A stretch of DNA of 64,000 bases from an uncultured Candidatus Rokubacteria bacterium (GCA_963758635.1 CAVWWD010000007.1:32001-96000), one strand, 5' to 3'; positions 19,050-28,976 are shown, counted from the first letter of the stretch. Numbers and translations: made by a program. Notes: generated from the letters alone by a model not told the origin.

Positions 19050-19517
19050 CTATCCTTTCCAGATCTTGATGCCTAGGCGATCGGCCGCGCGTCGAAGCCG
19101 GTCGTCTGCGGTGGCCAGGCGCGCTGACCCCCTGATGGCGAGCATCAGGTAGAGGCAGTCATAGACTGGATGGTCGAGGTCTGCGGCAAGACGCGCCGCG
19201 GGTCGAAGTAGCGGCGTTGATGGGGTCCAGGCAATGCCGAGCGCGAGCAGGTGGGTGATGGCGCGCTCGACGTTGGACAGATCCATCTCGCCGCGTCGCT
19301 GTCGCTTCCACCACGCGTTGGTAACTTCCACGGCCATCAGGTCGGGCGCAAGCAATGGTATCTCGCTGGTCAGGAGCTCCTCTGAGTGCCACGGATCGCG
19401 CTCGTTCGCGAACCAGTGGAACGCGATCGAGGCGTCGACCACCACGGGCGCGACGGACGCGTCGTAGGTCGCGTGCCGTTCGCGAGCGTGCCGGCGTACC
19501 ACCCGGGGTGACCTCAT
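19050..19517 (-). CDS. PIN-domain (VapC/FitB-like) toxin
   Basis: VVVDASIAFHW, APDLMAVEVTNA, VYDCLYLMLA, LATAD. Confidence 0.88.
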   Translation of the reverse strand: MRSPRVVRRHARERHATYDASVAPVVVDASIAFHWFANERDPWHSEELLTSEIPLLAPDLMAVEVTNAWWKRQRRGEMDLSNVERAITHLLALGIAWTPSTPLLRPAARLAADLDHPVYDCLYLMLAIRGSARLATADDRLRRAADRLGIKIWKG

Positions 19518-19741
19518 CGGTTTCGGTCTTCGCGGATCATGTCCACGGCGGTCGATTGCGTGAGAGGCTGCCGCGCACGGATCGCCGCTGCCTGCGCAGC
19601 AATCGCCGCGCGGGTCAACCGGGTGCCATCGGCCAGAACACGCCGCGCCTCTTCCTCCACCGAGACACCGTGCAGGCGCGCCTGAAGCCGGAGCCGCTCT
19701 GCCACCTCGTCGTCCAGATTGCGCACGATGATCGTAGCCAT
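19514..19741 (-). CDS. FitA-like ribbon-helix-helix antitoxin (copy 1)
   Basis: MATIIVRNLDDEVAERLRLQARLHGVSVEEEARRVL; stop overlaps the toxin start. Confidence 0.88.
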   Translation of the reverse strand: MATIIVRNLDDEVAERLRLQARLHGVSVEEEARRVLADGTRLTRAAIAAQAAAIRARQPLTQSTAVDMIREDRNR

Positions 19742-19745
19742 GGAA

Positions 19746-19775
19746 GATAGCATATAGCGCTATCGTTGATAGCGC
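19746..19775 (-). promoter_or_regulatory. Probable FitA-type operator overlapping the -10 (TATGCT)
   Basis: GATAGC/GCTATC boxes at 19746, 19759 and 19768; inverted repeat GCGCTATC-gtt-GATAGCGC. Confidence 0.55.
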
Positions 19776-19817
19776 AACACGATATCAGCCAGCCCTGATG
19801 ATGGTAAGCTGACCGGC

Positions 19818-22600
19818 ATGCCCATTCCGCTCGGCGCGCCGTTCCGTCCCGGTCTCGATCCGCTCCCCGACACGCAGCACGCGTGGGCCGTCGTGAAGGA
19901 CCAGTGGGGGCGGCCCGCGCACGCCGATCCGCGCGACGGGCTCCGGCAGATCGAGATACCGGTGCCCGAGATCGGCCCCAACGAGGCGCTCGGCTACGTG
20001 CTGCACGCCGGCCTCACGTACAACACGATCTTCGCCGCGCGCGGCGTGCCCATCTCCGTGTTCGACCTGCACGACCGCGACCTGCACGTGCCGGGCAGCG
20101 GGGCGGTGGTGCTGCTCGCCGCGATCGGGCGCGAGGTGGCGCGCGAGGGCCGGCTGCGCGTGGGCGAGCTCTACGTGCTCTACCCGGGCGTGTCGAACCT
20201 GCTCTCGCCGCGGGCCGGCGAGGATCCGATGCACGCCGACTTCAAGATCCAGGGTTACGAGACGCCCGACGGCTCCTTCTGCCAGTTCGTGCGGGGCCAG
20301 GCGCCGCAGCTCCTGGCGCACTCACGGCGGCTGACCCTCGCCGAGGGCTCGTCGTACATGCTCGACCTGGAGACGGTGTACAAGGCGCTCTACGACGTGG
20401 CGCAGCTCGAGACCGACGAGCGCGTGTTCGTGGAGGGCGCGGCGGGGGGCACCGGGATCTACGCGGTGGCGTGCGCCGCCCTCCGCGGCGCCCACGTGAC
20501 GGGCCTCGTCTCGACCGAGGAGAAGGGGCGGCTGGTCCTCTCGCGCGGCGGCCACACGTACGTCAACCGCAAGGCCGCGGACATGACGGGCGTGTTCACC
20601 CCGGTGCCGGCCGGCTCCGCTTCGCGCGCGGCGTGGAGCGCGGCGGGCGCCGCCTTCAAGGCCATGGTGCGTGAGCGGAACCAGGGGGCGCTCATGAACG
20701 TGGTGGTGTCCTCGGTCGGCCGCGACCTCTTCGGCCGCATGGTCGATCTGCTCGTGCCGGGCGGGCGCCTGGTGTTCTACGGCGCCACCACCGGCTACAC
20801 CCTGGCCTTCCTCGGCAAGCCCGGCGCCGCGCCGGCGCGGGAGATGCTGCGTCGCGCGCGTCTCAGGCCCAACGAGGGCGTGCTCGTCCACTACGGGCTC
20901 GGCGACGGGCTCGAGGACGAGGCGGGCGCCGAGGCGATCGAGGCCGCGCTGCGGGCGGGCGCGCGGGTCGTGGTGGCCGCGCGGCTGGACGCCCAGGCGA
21001 CGCACGTGCAGTCCACGCACCGCGTGCACGGCGTGGTGAGCCTCGAGACGCTCGACCGGGCCGGCGGCTTTCGCTGGCCCGAGGCCATGCCCGACTACGA
21101 CACCGATCGCGCGGGCTACCGCGAGTACCAGGACCTCACGCTCAAGCCGTTCGGCCAGGCGGTGGGCCGGCTCCTCGCCACGGCCGACAACCCCCGCGGC
21201 AACCCCGACGTGGTCGTCGAGCGGGCGGGCCGGGACACGCTCGGCGTCAGCACGTTCCTGGCGCGGCCGTTCACCGGCCGCGTGGTCTACGTCGAGGTGA
21301 CGCGCGACCGGCGCTTCTCGTTCTACGCGCCCAACGTGTGGATGCACGAGAAGCGCGTCCTGTTCCCGACGTTCTCGATCCTCGGCTCCCACCTGTCCAA
21401 CGCCCATCAGGCCGAGGAGGTCGTGCGGCTGATCGACGCGGGCGCGCTCGCCATCCATCCGCCCGTCGTGCGCGGCTGGGACGACCTCGCGGAGCAGCAT
21501 CAGCTCATGCACGAGAACCGCCACGCCGGCACCACCACCATCCGCGTGGGGGCCGGCCCCGCCCTCGACGGCGCGCGCACGCGCGCGCGAAGTCTACGAG
21601 GCGTGGGGCTCGCGCTTCGCCGACGGCCGCGACCGTCCGCCTGCGGCTGGATCCGGTGGCGCCGGGGCGGGAGGAGCGGGTCGCGCTCGTCACGATCGAC
21701 TCGCCTCCGGCCAACGCCATCGGCCTCACGGTGCTCGAAGAGCTCGAGCGGGTGGTCGAGACCCTGGAGAGCGACACGACGGTGCGCGCGGCGGTGCTCA
21801 CCGGCGGCGGCACGATGTTCGTGGCCGGCGCCGACATCCGCCAGCTGCGCGCCTTCGCGACGCCGGACGACGTCGAGGCCTTCACCAGCTCGCGTGCAGC
21901 GTCTCTTCACGCGCGTCGGTCGACTGCGGGCGCCCGTGATCGCCGCCGTGGACGGCTATGCGCTGGGCGGCGGCAACGAGCTCCAGATGGCCTGCGCGTA
22001 TCGCGTGGCAGGGGAGCGCGCGGAGCTTGGTCAGCCCGAGATCAACCTTCACGTGCTGCCCGGCTTCGGCGGCACCCAGATGCTGCCCCGGCTCGTGCTG
22101 CGCAGGAATGTGCGGTGAGCGGTCGGGCGGGCGAGACGGGCTGGTCGAGGCGCTCGCGATGCTCCTGGACGGGCGGCGTCGCACGGCATCGGCCGCGCTC
22201 GCCCTCGGGCTGGTCGACGAGGTGGCCCCGGCCGATGCCCTGTCACACGCCTTGTCAATCGCGCGCCGTGTCGCGCTGGGAGAGTTTCAGGGTACCCTGT
22301 GGTCGCCGCTGGCGGCCGGCGCGGAGATGGACACCGGGGCCGGGCGGGAGGGGTGGGAGGCGGCTCAGACTTACCCGCGCATCGGACGGATCCTGCGCCC
22401 ACCATGGCACCATCGACCGGCTGGCTCCAGCCGGGGCCACGCTGGAGGCGGTCCGGACTGGCTTGTTCGAGGGGGTCGGGGCTGGCCTCGCCCGGGAGGC
22501 TCGCCTCTTCGGCGCGATGGTGGCCTCCGCGGAGGGTAGGGAGGGGATCGACCGCTTCCTGTCCCGCCAGTCCTGGGCGCTACCCCTCCGCGAGGGCTGA
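19818..22600 (+). CDS. Enoyl-CoA reductase (MDR, Pcs/Ccr-like) fused to an enoyl-CoA hydratase; about 5 frameshifts in the 3' third
   Basis: [33 protein letters not shown]; then [36 protein letters not shown]. Confidence 0.78.
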
Positions 22601-22676
22601 CGGTCGTCGTCGGGGATCTTTACGATTCCTGGCCGGGAGCCGGGCTGATCAAGGGTAAGTAGTTGAAAAAGCGTCC

Positions 22677-22692
22677 TGGCATGCGTCGTGCT
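22677..22692 (+). promoter_or_regulatory. sigma54 (-24/-12) promoter with an upstream IHF-like site
   Basis: TGGCATGCGTCGTGCT (GG-N10-GC); TAAGTAGTTGAAA at about 22656-22668. Confidence 0.55.
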
Positions 22693-22785
22693 CTAGTGGG
22701 AAATGCCGCTGCACGAGGCCAGTATTCGTGTGATACTCACTAGCGGTCTATATCTCCGTGGTTTCGGTCTAGGCAAGGAGCCTGT

Positions 22786-23013
22786 ATGAGCGAGAACCGG
22801 CCTGACGAAGTTCAGTCGCCTCTGGAGCACAGCGATCCGATCGAGCAGGCCCCGGAGCAGCTCCAGCGGGAGATGAATCGACGCAAGCTGCTGAAGGTGG
22901 CCCTTGCGGCGCCGCCCGTGATGTGGACTCTTCGCGCGCGGCCCGCGTCGGCCGATCACGCCCTGGGCACTCCAAGCGGAGCACTTTCGGGGAACCTGTC
23001 GAACCATCCGTAG
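22786..23013 (+). CDS. Small peptide, candidate precursor of the HprK-related kinase cassette
   Basis: SD AAGGAG; RRKLLK...AAPPVMWTLRARPASA, then a Ser/Gly-rich tail DHALGTPSGALSGNLSNHP. Confidence 0.6.
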   Translation: MSENRPDEVQSPLEHSDPIEQAPEQLQREMNRRKLLKVALAAPPVMWTLRARPASADHALGTPSGALSGNLSNHP

Positions 23014-23049
23014 GCTCTGGAGGGCCCCGCGTCTCACGCCTCCCGCTGA

Positions 23050-23346
23050 ATGGACACCCCTCCGAGCGCCGTATGGCAGGTCTCGGAGGGGTGTCAGTTC
23101 GTCTGGCAACTGTGGGATGATGAATACGTCGTGTTCGACCACGGCTCCGGCAGCACGCACTTCCTCGATCTGATCGCAGGCGAGGCCCTTCAGACCCTCG
23201 TCCAGTCCCCTTCGGACGTTCCCGGGCTCACCTACCGTATGGCGTCACGGATGGGTATCGAGTCCGACTCCGCCCTCGAGCAACGCATCCGAGACACGCT
23301 GGACCGCTTTCGCGAGGCCGGGCTGGTCGAGCCGTCTCTGACGTGA
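23050..23346 (+). CDS. PqqD-family peptide chaperone/RRE (HPr-rel-A system type)
   Basis: WDDEYVVFDHGSGSTHFLDLIA...LDRFREAGLVE. Confidence 0.85.
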   Translation: MDTPPSAVWQVSEGCQFVWQLWDDEYVVFDHGSGSTHFLDLIAGEALQTLVQSPSDVPGLTYRMASRMGIESDSALEQRIRDTLDRFREAGLVEPSLT

Positions 23347-24279
23347 CGGCCGGCGAGATCTCCGCCGCCGAGTTCACCGAGCGGCTGGCGCACCCCGGGA
23401 TCACCCTCGACACCGGGGCCTTCTCGATCCAGCTTCAGGCCTCCGCCATCGATGGGCTCGGCCAGGATCTCCACTTCCTGTACGCCGACTGCCCGATCGT
23501 CCCCGATGGCGAGATCGTGGATTTCCGTGTTGCCCTCCGGCGGCCGTCGGGCCTTCGCCGGTGGTGGCGGCCCCAGGTCCGGATCCTCTTCGACGGGGCG
23601 AGCCTGGTCGAGCCGATGCCGCTGGCCGTGGCGCTCCCGGCGCTCGAGTGGGGCCTGAACTGGGCCATCGCCGCCCATGCCCACCACCACGTGATGATCC
23701 ACGCCGCCGTGCTCGAGCGGGACGGCCGCGCGGTGGTGCTGCCCGGCACTCCGGGGGCGGGCAAGAGCACGCTCTGCGCCGGGGCTCGCCCACCGGGGCT
23801 GGCGGCTCCTCTCCGACGAGTTCGCGCTGCTGCGCCCGGCCGACGGTCTTCTCGTGCCCTGGCCCCGGCCGATCAGCCTCAAGAACGTCTCGATCGACGT
23901 CATCAGGGCGTTCGCCCCCGACGCCCGCCTGGGGCGGAGCGTCCCCGACACCTCCAAGGGCACCGTCGCGCTTCTCCGGCCGCCGCCCGAGAGCCGCCGG
24001 CGCATGCGGGAGACCGCCGAGCCGGCGTGGCTCGTGTTCCCCGGCTATCGTGCGGGTGAGCCCGCCCGGCTCACCGCGTTGCCGCGCGCGCGCGCGTTCC
24101 ACCGTCTCGCGGAGATGTCGTTCAACTACGCCATGCTCGGCGCGCCTGGGTTCGAGACGTTGCGCCGCATGGTCGGCGCCTGCGACACCTTCGAGTTCAC
24201 CTACGGAGAGCTCAAGGAAGCGGTGGAGCTCTTCGGGGCGCTGGCGCCGCCGCGCTCGACGCGTGTCGAGGGAGCCTAG
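23343..24279 (+). CDS. HprK-related kinase A; one frameshift near 23785
   Basis: LEWGLNWAI, HAAVLERDG, PGTPGAGKSTLCA; then GWRLLSDEF, PRPISLKN, PDTSKGTV, SFNY. Confidence 0.85.
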
Positions 24280-25339
24280 CGCGCCGCTGCTCTTCCAGGC
24301 GCTCGGTGACCCCGGGCGTCTGCCCCGCCTGTCCGTCCCGGAGTGGGACCGTCTCCTCCGCGAGGCTCGCCGCGCCAATGCCCTGGCGCGCATCGAGGCC
24401 CTGGTCGCGGACCGCGGCGCGAGTGACCGCATCCCCGAGCGGGCGCGCCAGGCGCTCGAAGGGGCCCGCCTCGTCGTGGATCAGCAACACCGCCTCGTGC
24501 GCTGGGAGGTGACGCGGATCCGACGCGCGCTGGATGGGCTCGACGTGCGGCTCGTGCTGCTCAAGGGCGCGGCCTACGTCCACGCCGGCCTGCCGCCCGC
24601 CCGCGGCCGCACGTTCAACGATGTGGACGTCATGGTGCCGGAGGATCGGCTGCCCCTGGTGGAGGCCCGCCTCCGCGCCGCGGGCTGGACCACGCTGACC
24701 CTGGACCCGTACGACGACCGCTACTACCGCGCGTGGTCCCACGAGCTGCCGCCGATGCACCATCCGGCGCGGGGGATCGTGGTGGACGTGCACCACAACA
24801 TCCTGCCGCCGGTGGGCCGCGTGAACGCGGACGCGCGCCCGCTCCTGGAGGCGGCCGCGACGATCGCGCCCGGCCTCGCCGTGCTGGCGCCCGCGGACAT
24901 GGTGCTTCACACCGCGGTGCACCTGTTCCAGTCCGGCGAGCTCCATTCCGCGGTGCGGGATCTCACCGACCTGGACGCGCTGCTGCGCCACTTCGGCCGC
25001 GACCCGGGCTTCCCGGACGCCGTGGTGGCTCGCGGGCGCGCGCTCGGCCTGGGCCGGCCGCTCTACTACTCGCTGCGGCTCGCGCGGCGGCTCCTGGGCA
25101 CGCCCCTTCCGGCGGGGATCGAGGAGCGGGCGGGAGCGCCGTCGGCCCCGGTGCGCGCGGTCATGGACGGTCTGGTGGCGCGGGCCCTCGTGCCGCGGCT
25201 GCACGGCGAGACTCCGCGGGGCGCGGGACTGTCGCGGTGGCTCCTCTACACCCGATACCACTGGCAGCGCATGCCGGCGTGGATGCTGGCACGGCACCTC
25301 ATGCACAAGGCCATGCCGCGCCCGCGGCCGGTCAAGTGA
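24263..25339 (+). CDS. Nucleotidyltransferase family protein (NTP_transf_5-like)
   Basis: VLLKGAAY, GRTFNDVDVMVP, HELPPMHHP, VDVHHNI. Confidence 0.85.
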   Translation: MSREPSAPLLFQALGDPGRLPRLSVPEWDRLLREARRANALARIEALVADRGASDRIPERARQALEGARLVVDQQHRLVRWEVTRIRRALDGLDVRLVLLKGAAYVHAGLPPARGRTFNDVDVMVPEDRLPLVEARLRAAGWTTLTLDPYDDRYYRAWSHELPPMHHPARGIVVDVHHNILPPVGRVNADARPLLEAAATIAPGLAVLAPADMVLHTAVHLFQSGELHSAVRDLTDLDALLRHFGRDPGFPDAVVARGRALGLGRPLYYSLRLARRLLGTPLPAGIEERAGAPSAPVRAVMDGLVARALVPRLHGETPRGAGLSRWLLYTRYHWQRMPAWMLARHLMHKAMPRPRPVK

Positions 25340-25345
25340 CGTCGC

Positions 25346-26596
25346 TCACGCCAGTGACGGTCGGCCCGGCTGGCGTGGCAGCAGCCACGTGAGCAGCCCC
25401 AGCAAGAGCAGGAACGGCGTCACGCGATAGACGGTGGCGATGCTGGTGAGGTCGGCCAGCCAGCCCAGCCCCGCCGCGCCGAGACCGCCGAGCCCGAACG
25501 AGAGCCCATAGAACACGCCGGCGGCGAGACCGACGCGGCCGGGCAGGAGCTCCTGCGCGTACACCAGGATGGCGGAGAACGCCGAGGCCATGATCATGGC
25601 GATGAGCACCGCGAGCACGCCCGTCCAGAACAGGTTCGCGTGGGGAAGGATGAGCGCGAAGGGGAGCGGGCCCAGGATGGAGAACCACATGACGGGAATG
25701 CGACCGACGCGGTCGCCGACGGCCCCGCCGGCAATGGTGCCCGCCACGATCCCCACGAGGAACGCGAACAGGTAGAGCTGCGCCGTCTGCACGGACAGGT
25801 GGAACTTGTCGATCAGGTAGAGGGTGAAGTATGAGCCCAGGCTGGCGCTGTACACGTTCTTGGAGAAGAGCAGCGCGATGAGGATGGCCATGGCCATGAC
25901 CACCTTGCCGCGGGGCAGGTCGCCGTCGCGCGGAGCGCGGCGTGCCGCCCGGCTCGAGGGGGCGGGGGCCGGATGGCGCGCGTACCAGCCGCCGACCTGC
26001 ACCAGGACCACGGCGGCCACGAGGGCGGCGGCGGCGAACCAGCCGATGGTCGACTGGCCGTGCGGCACCACCACGAAGGCGGCGAGCAGCGGGCCGGATG
26101 CGGAGCCGATGTTGCCGCCGGCCTGGAACAGCGACTGGGCGAGGCCGTAGCGCCCCCCCGCCGCCATGCGGGCCACGCGCGAGGCCTCGGGATGGAACAC
26201 CGCCGAACCTACGCCGAGCAGCGCCGCGGCGACGAGGATCGCGGGATACGACGAGGCGCCGGCCATGAGGAGCAGGCCCGCGAGCGTGAAGCCGACGCCC
26301 GCGGTGAGGGAATACGGCTGCGGGTGGCGGTCGGTGTAGATACCGACCACGGGCTGGAGCATGGAGGCCGTGCAGTGCACGGTGAGGCTGATCAGCCCGA
26401 TCTGCGTGAAGCTGAGGTCGTAGGACGCCTTGAGGATGGGATACAGCGCGGGCACGAGCGACTGCATCATGTCGTTCAGCAGGTGGCAGAAGCTCAGCGA
26501 CAGGATGACGGAGAAGGTCGTGACCTGGACGCCGGCGCGGGCCGCGCCGGCGCCGGTGTGGGTCGCGGAAGGGGACGCCAGCGTCCCGTTGCTCAT
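25346..26596 (-). CDS. MFS transporter (Fsr/fosmidomycin-resistance-like)
   Basis: CHLLNDMMQSL, LQPVVGIYTD, VFHPEASRVARMAAGGRYGLAQSLFQ. Confidence 0.88.
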   Translation of the reverse strand: MSNGTLASPSATHTGAGAARAGVQVTTFSVILSLSFCHLLNDMMQSLVPALYPILKASYDLSFTQIGLISLTVHCTASMLQPVVGIYTDRHPQPYSLTAGVGFTLAGLLLMAGASSYPAILVAAALLGVGSAVFHPEASRVARMAAGGRYGLAQSLFQAGGNIGSASGPLLAAFVVVPHGQSTIGWFAAAALVAAVVLVQVGGWYARHPAPAPSSRAARRAPRDGDLPRGKVVMAMAILIALLFSKNVYSASLGSYFTLYLIDKFHLSVQTAQLYLFAFLVGIVAGTIAGGAVGDRVGRIPVMWFSILGPLPFALILPHANLFWTGVLAVLIAMIMASAFSAILVYAQELLPGRVGLAAGVFYGLSFGLGGLGAAGLGWLADLTSIATVYRVTPFLLLLGLLTWLLPRQPGRPSLA

Positions 26597-27510
26597 CGGA
26601 GGGCCTCTCGCGAGAGGTCGAGCGCGCGCTCGGCCAGGGTGACCAGCATGCGCCACGCGGCTTCGTGGTTCTTCGTGGCCTCGGCGTCGTCGGTGTAGGT
26701 GTCGAGCAGCACGTAGCGGGCGCCCAGGCCTTCCAGGTCGGCCAGGTCGCGCCGGACCTGGTCGAGCGTGCCCTCGCCGGCGATCCGCTGATCGTCGGGC
26801 ATCGGCGACTCGGTGAGCCGCAGGCGGATGCGCGGGCACAGCGCGGGAACGGGTCGGGCCTCGCGCTCGGCCATGGCGGAGAGGCGCGGCAGCCCCTCGT
26901 CGCGCAGCCAGCCGATGCGGATCCGGATGGGATGCCAGGCGTCGCCGTGGCGCACCGCGCGGCGGAGCGCGGCATCGCTCGCGCCGCCGACCCACACGGG
27001 CGGATGCGGCGATCGGAGCGGCCGCGGCCCGCCCCGTACGTCCTTGAACGCGACGAAGTGCCCGTCGTGCGAGGCCACGTCCTGCGTCCACAGGGTCTTG
27101 ATGGCGTCGAGGTAGTCGTCGGTGATGGCGCCGCGCCGCTCGAACGGCACGCCGAGCGCGGCGAACTCCTGGCGGGCCCAGCCCACGCCCACGCCGAAGA
27201 TGAAGCGCCCGCCCGACAGGCGGTCCACGTTCGCCGCCATCCGGGCGGTCTCGACCGGATGCCGGTACGGCAGCACGATGACGGTGGTGCCGATCTCCAC
27301 GCGCCTGGTGATGCCGGCCAGCCAGCCCAGCGTGGTGAACGGGTCGTAGACGGGCGCGGGGTAGCGGGCGTGCACGTCCGGCGTGACGGCCACGTGGTCC
27401 GAGATCATCAGGAAGTGGTAGCCGAGCGTCTCGGACAGCGCGGCCCAGCGGGCGAGCGCCTCAGGACTCACGCCGGGCCCGAAGTTGAGCAGGTTGACAC
27501 CGATCTTCAT
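26593..27510 (-). CDS. LLM-class (probably F420-dependent) oxidoreductase
   Basis: ISDHV, DPFTTLGWLAG, LPYRHP, DRLSGGRFIFGVGVGWARQEF. Confidence 0.88.
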   Translation of the reverse strand: MKIGVNLLNFGPGVSPEALARWAALSETLGYHFLMISDHVAVTPDVHARYPAPVYDPFTTLGWLAGITRRVEIGTTVIVLPYRHPVETARMAANVDRLSGGRFIFGVGVGWARQEFAALGVPFERRGAITDDYLDAIKTLWTQDVASHDGHFVAFKDVRGGPRPLRSPHPPVWVGGASDAALRRAVRHGDAWHPIRIRIGWLRDEGLPRLSAMAEREARPVPALCPRIRLRLTESPMPDDQRIAGEGTLDQVRRDLADLEGLGARYVLLDTYTDDAEATKNHEAAWRMLVTLAERALDLSREALR

Positions 27511-27558
27511 CGCCCGCCCATTCTGACACGATCGCGACGCGCCGGGCGGACTCCGGAT

Positions 27559-27940
27559 CTCGGGATCCCCCCGCTCGAGGCTCTCCGGCGCCTCGCCGCC
27601 TCCGAGCGCGTGTCGTCTCTGGTGGTGATGCTGGCCGCTCTCGACGTGGTGCTGCTCCGGCTGACCGGAGGGGACAACGTCATCGTCGGGTCGCTGGCCG
27701 CTGACGTCGGGGCAGGGGAAGAGGGCCGGGCCGTCGGCGTCGTCGGCGCTCCGCACCGACGCGGGGGGAGATCCGGACCTCAGGAGCTTCCTGGCGCGGG
27801 TGGCCGAGAGCGTGGCGGACGCAAGCGCCAACCGCGGCCTGCCCTTCCTGCACGTGGACGTGTGGGGGCGCGTCTGCCTCGCCGGCGCGCCGGCGGAGGA
27901 AGAGACGGGGCGCTTGCGGACGCACGTCACGCTCGCGTGA
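27559..27940 (+). pseudogene. Remnant of an NRPS condensation domain
   Basis: EALRRLAASERVSSLVVMLAALDVVLLRLTGGDNVIVGS, then after a frameshift LRTDAGGDPDLRSFLARVAESVADASANRGLPF. Confidence 0.6.
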
Positions 27941-28010
27941 CGGCGGGAAGGGAGGCATCCGATTGCGCGCGAAGTTGCCCGCGACGGGCCGACCCCGGAG
28001 TTGAACGGCG

Positions 28011-28457
28011 TCACGACCGTTCGACGGGCTCGACGACCACCAGACCAGGCAGATGACCGGCGATCCGGTGGAACTCGTCGCTGTTCCCCGTGACGACAGC
28101 GGCCCCAATTCGCCAGGCCGTGAGAGCAATGAGCAGATCGTTCAGTGGACCCAGGCGGTCGTGGATCGCGAGACGCGTCGAGTACAGCTCCCGGAAGAGA
28201 GCGCCGGCGCGCTCGAACAGAGCGGCCGTCGGGGGCACGACGCGCTCCGCGGGAAAGGCGGCCTTGAGGCGGTCCACGGCACGTCGGCGTCGAAGGGTAT
28301 CCGCGCCGACGCGGAGCTCCATCAGGACCACGGCCGAGAGGAACCGGATTCTCGATTCGCGGCCACCCCACACCCACGCCTCGTGACGACCCGAGCGCAG
28401 GTAGTCGATGAACACGTTGGTGTCGAGAAGGATCCGCCCTGTCACGAGTAGGGCCAC
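28011..28457 (-). CDS. PIN-domain (VapC) toxin
   Basis: ILLDTNVFIDY, VVLMEL, NDLLIALTA, VVTGN. Confidence 0.88.
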   Translation of the reverse strand: MALLVTGRILLDTNVFIDYLRSGRHEAWVWGGRESRIRFLSAVVLMELRVGADTLRRRRAVDRLKAAFPAERVVPPTAALFERAGALFRELYSTRLAIHDRLGPLNDLLIALTAWRIGAAVVTGNSDEFHRIAGHLPGLVVVEPVERS

Positions 28458-28648
28458 GGGCGATCGTCTCCGCGGAGCGCCGCCCGAAGCCCCTTGAGTC
28501 GGCGAACGATGCGCGTCTCCTGCATGAGGAGTCCCAGGGCTCGATCGATCGCGTCCTGCTCCGAGGTGACGCCGAAATATCGCTTGGCAAAGTCGATCTT
28601 CTGCTGATCGAGCTTCAAGTGCTTGTGCCGCCTCATGGGCGCACCCAT
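28442..28648 (-). CDS. VapB-like antitoxin
   Basis: KHLKLDQQKIDFAKRYFGVTSEQDAIDRAL; SD AGGAG; directly upstream of the PIN gene. Confidence 0.78.
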   Translation of the reverse strand: MGAPMRRHKHLKLDQQKIDFAKRYFGVTSEQDAIDRALGLLMQETRIVRRLKGLRAALRGDDRPWPYS

Positions 28649-28661
28649 GGCACGTCTCCTC

Positions 28662-28686
28662 TCCATGTACACGGCGTGTACATGGA
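28662..28686. promoter_or_regulatory. Perfect 11-bp inverted repeat, probable TA operator
   Basis: TCCATGTACAC-ggc-GTGTACATGGA. Confidence 0.6.
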
Positions 28687-28960
28687 CGCTAGCAACAGTC
28701 TGGCCGCCGGGTCAAGTGTCGACAGGAGGATACGTAGCCGCACGAGATCGGCCCGGGGGTTCGCATGCCCCTCGTGCCTACGTCGTGATCCGCGACAACG
28801 CCACCGGCAGCATCCCCTTCGCCGGCCGGCTGGCGGATCGGCGGAGCAGATGAACCCCTTGATGCGACCGGTCCATTGATACCGACCCTGCGCGGATACT
28901 CGTTACCCACCCGTGGACCGCCCCGCGACAGATCCACGAGTGATCCCGCGCGGCACGGCG

Positions 28961-28976
28961 TGGCACTGACATTGCA
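28961..28976 (+). promoter_or_regulatory. sigma54 promoter of the DUF748 gene
   Basis: Consensus TGGCAC-N5-TTGCA. Confidence 0.7.
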
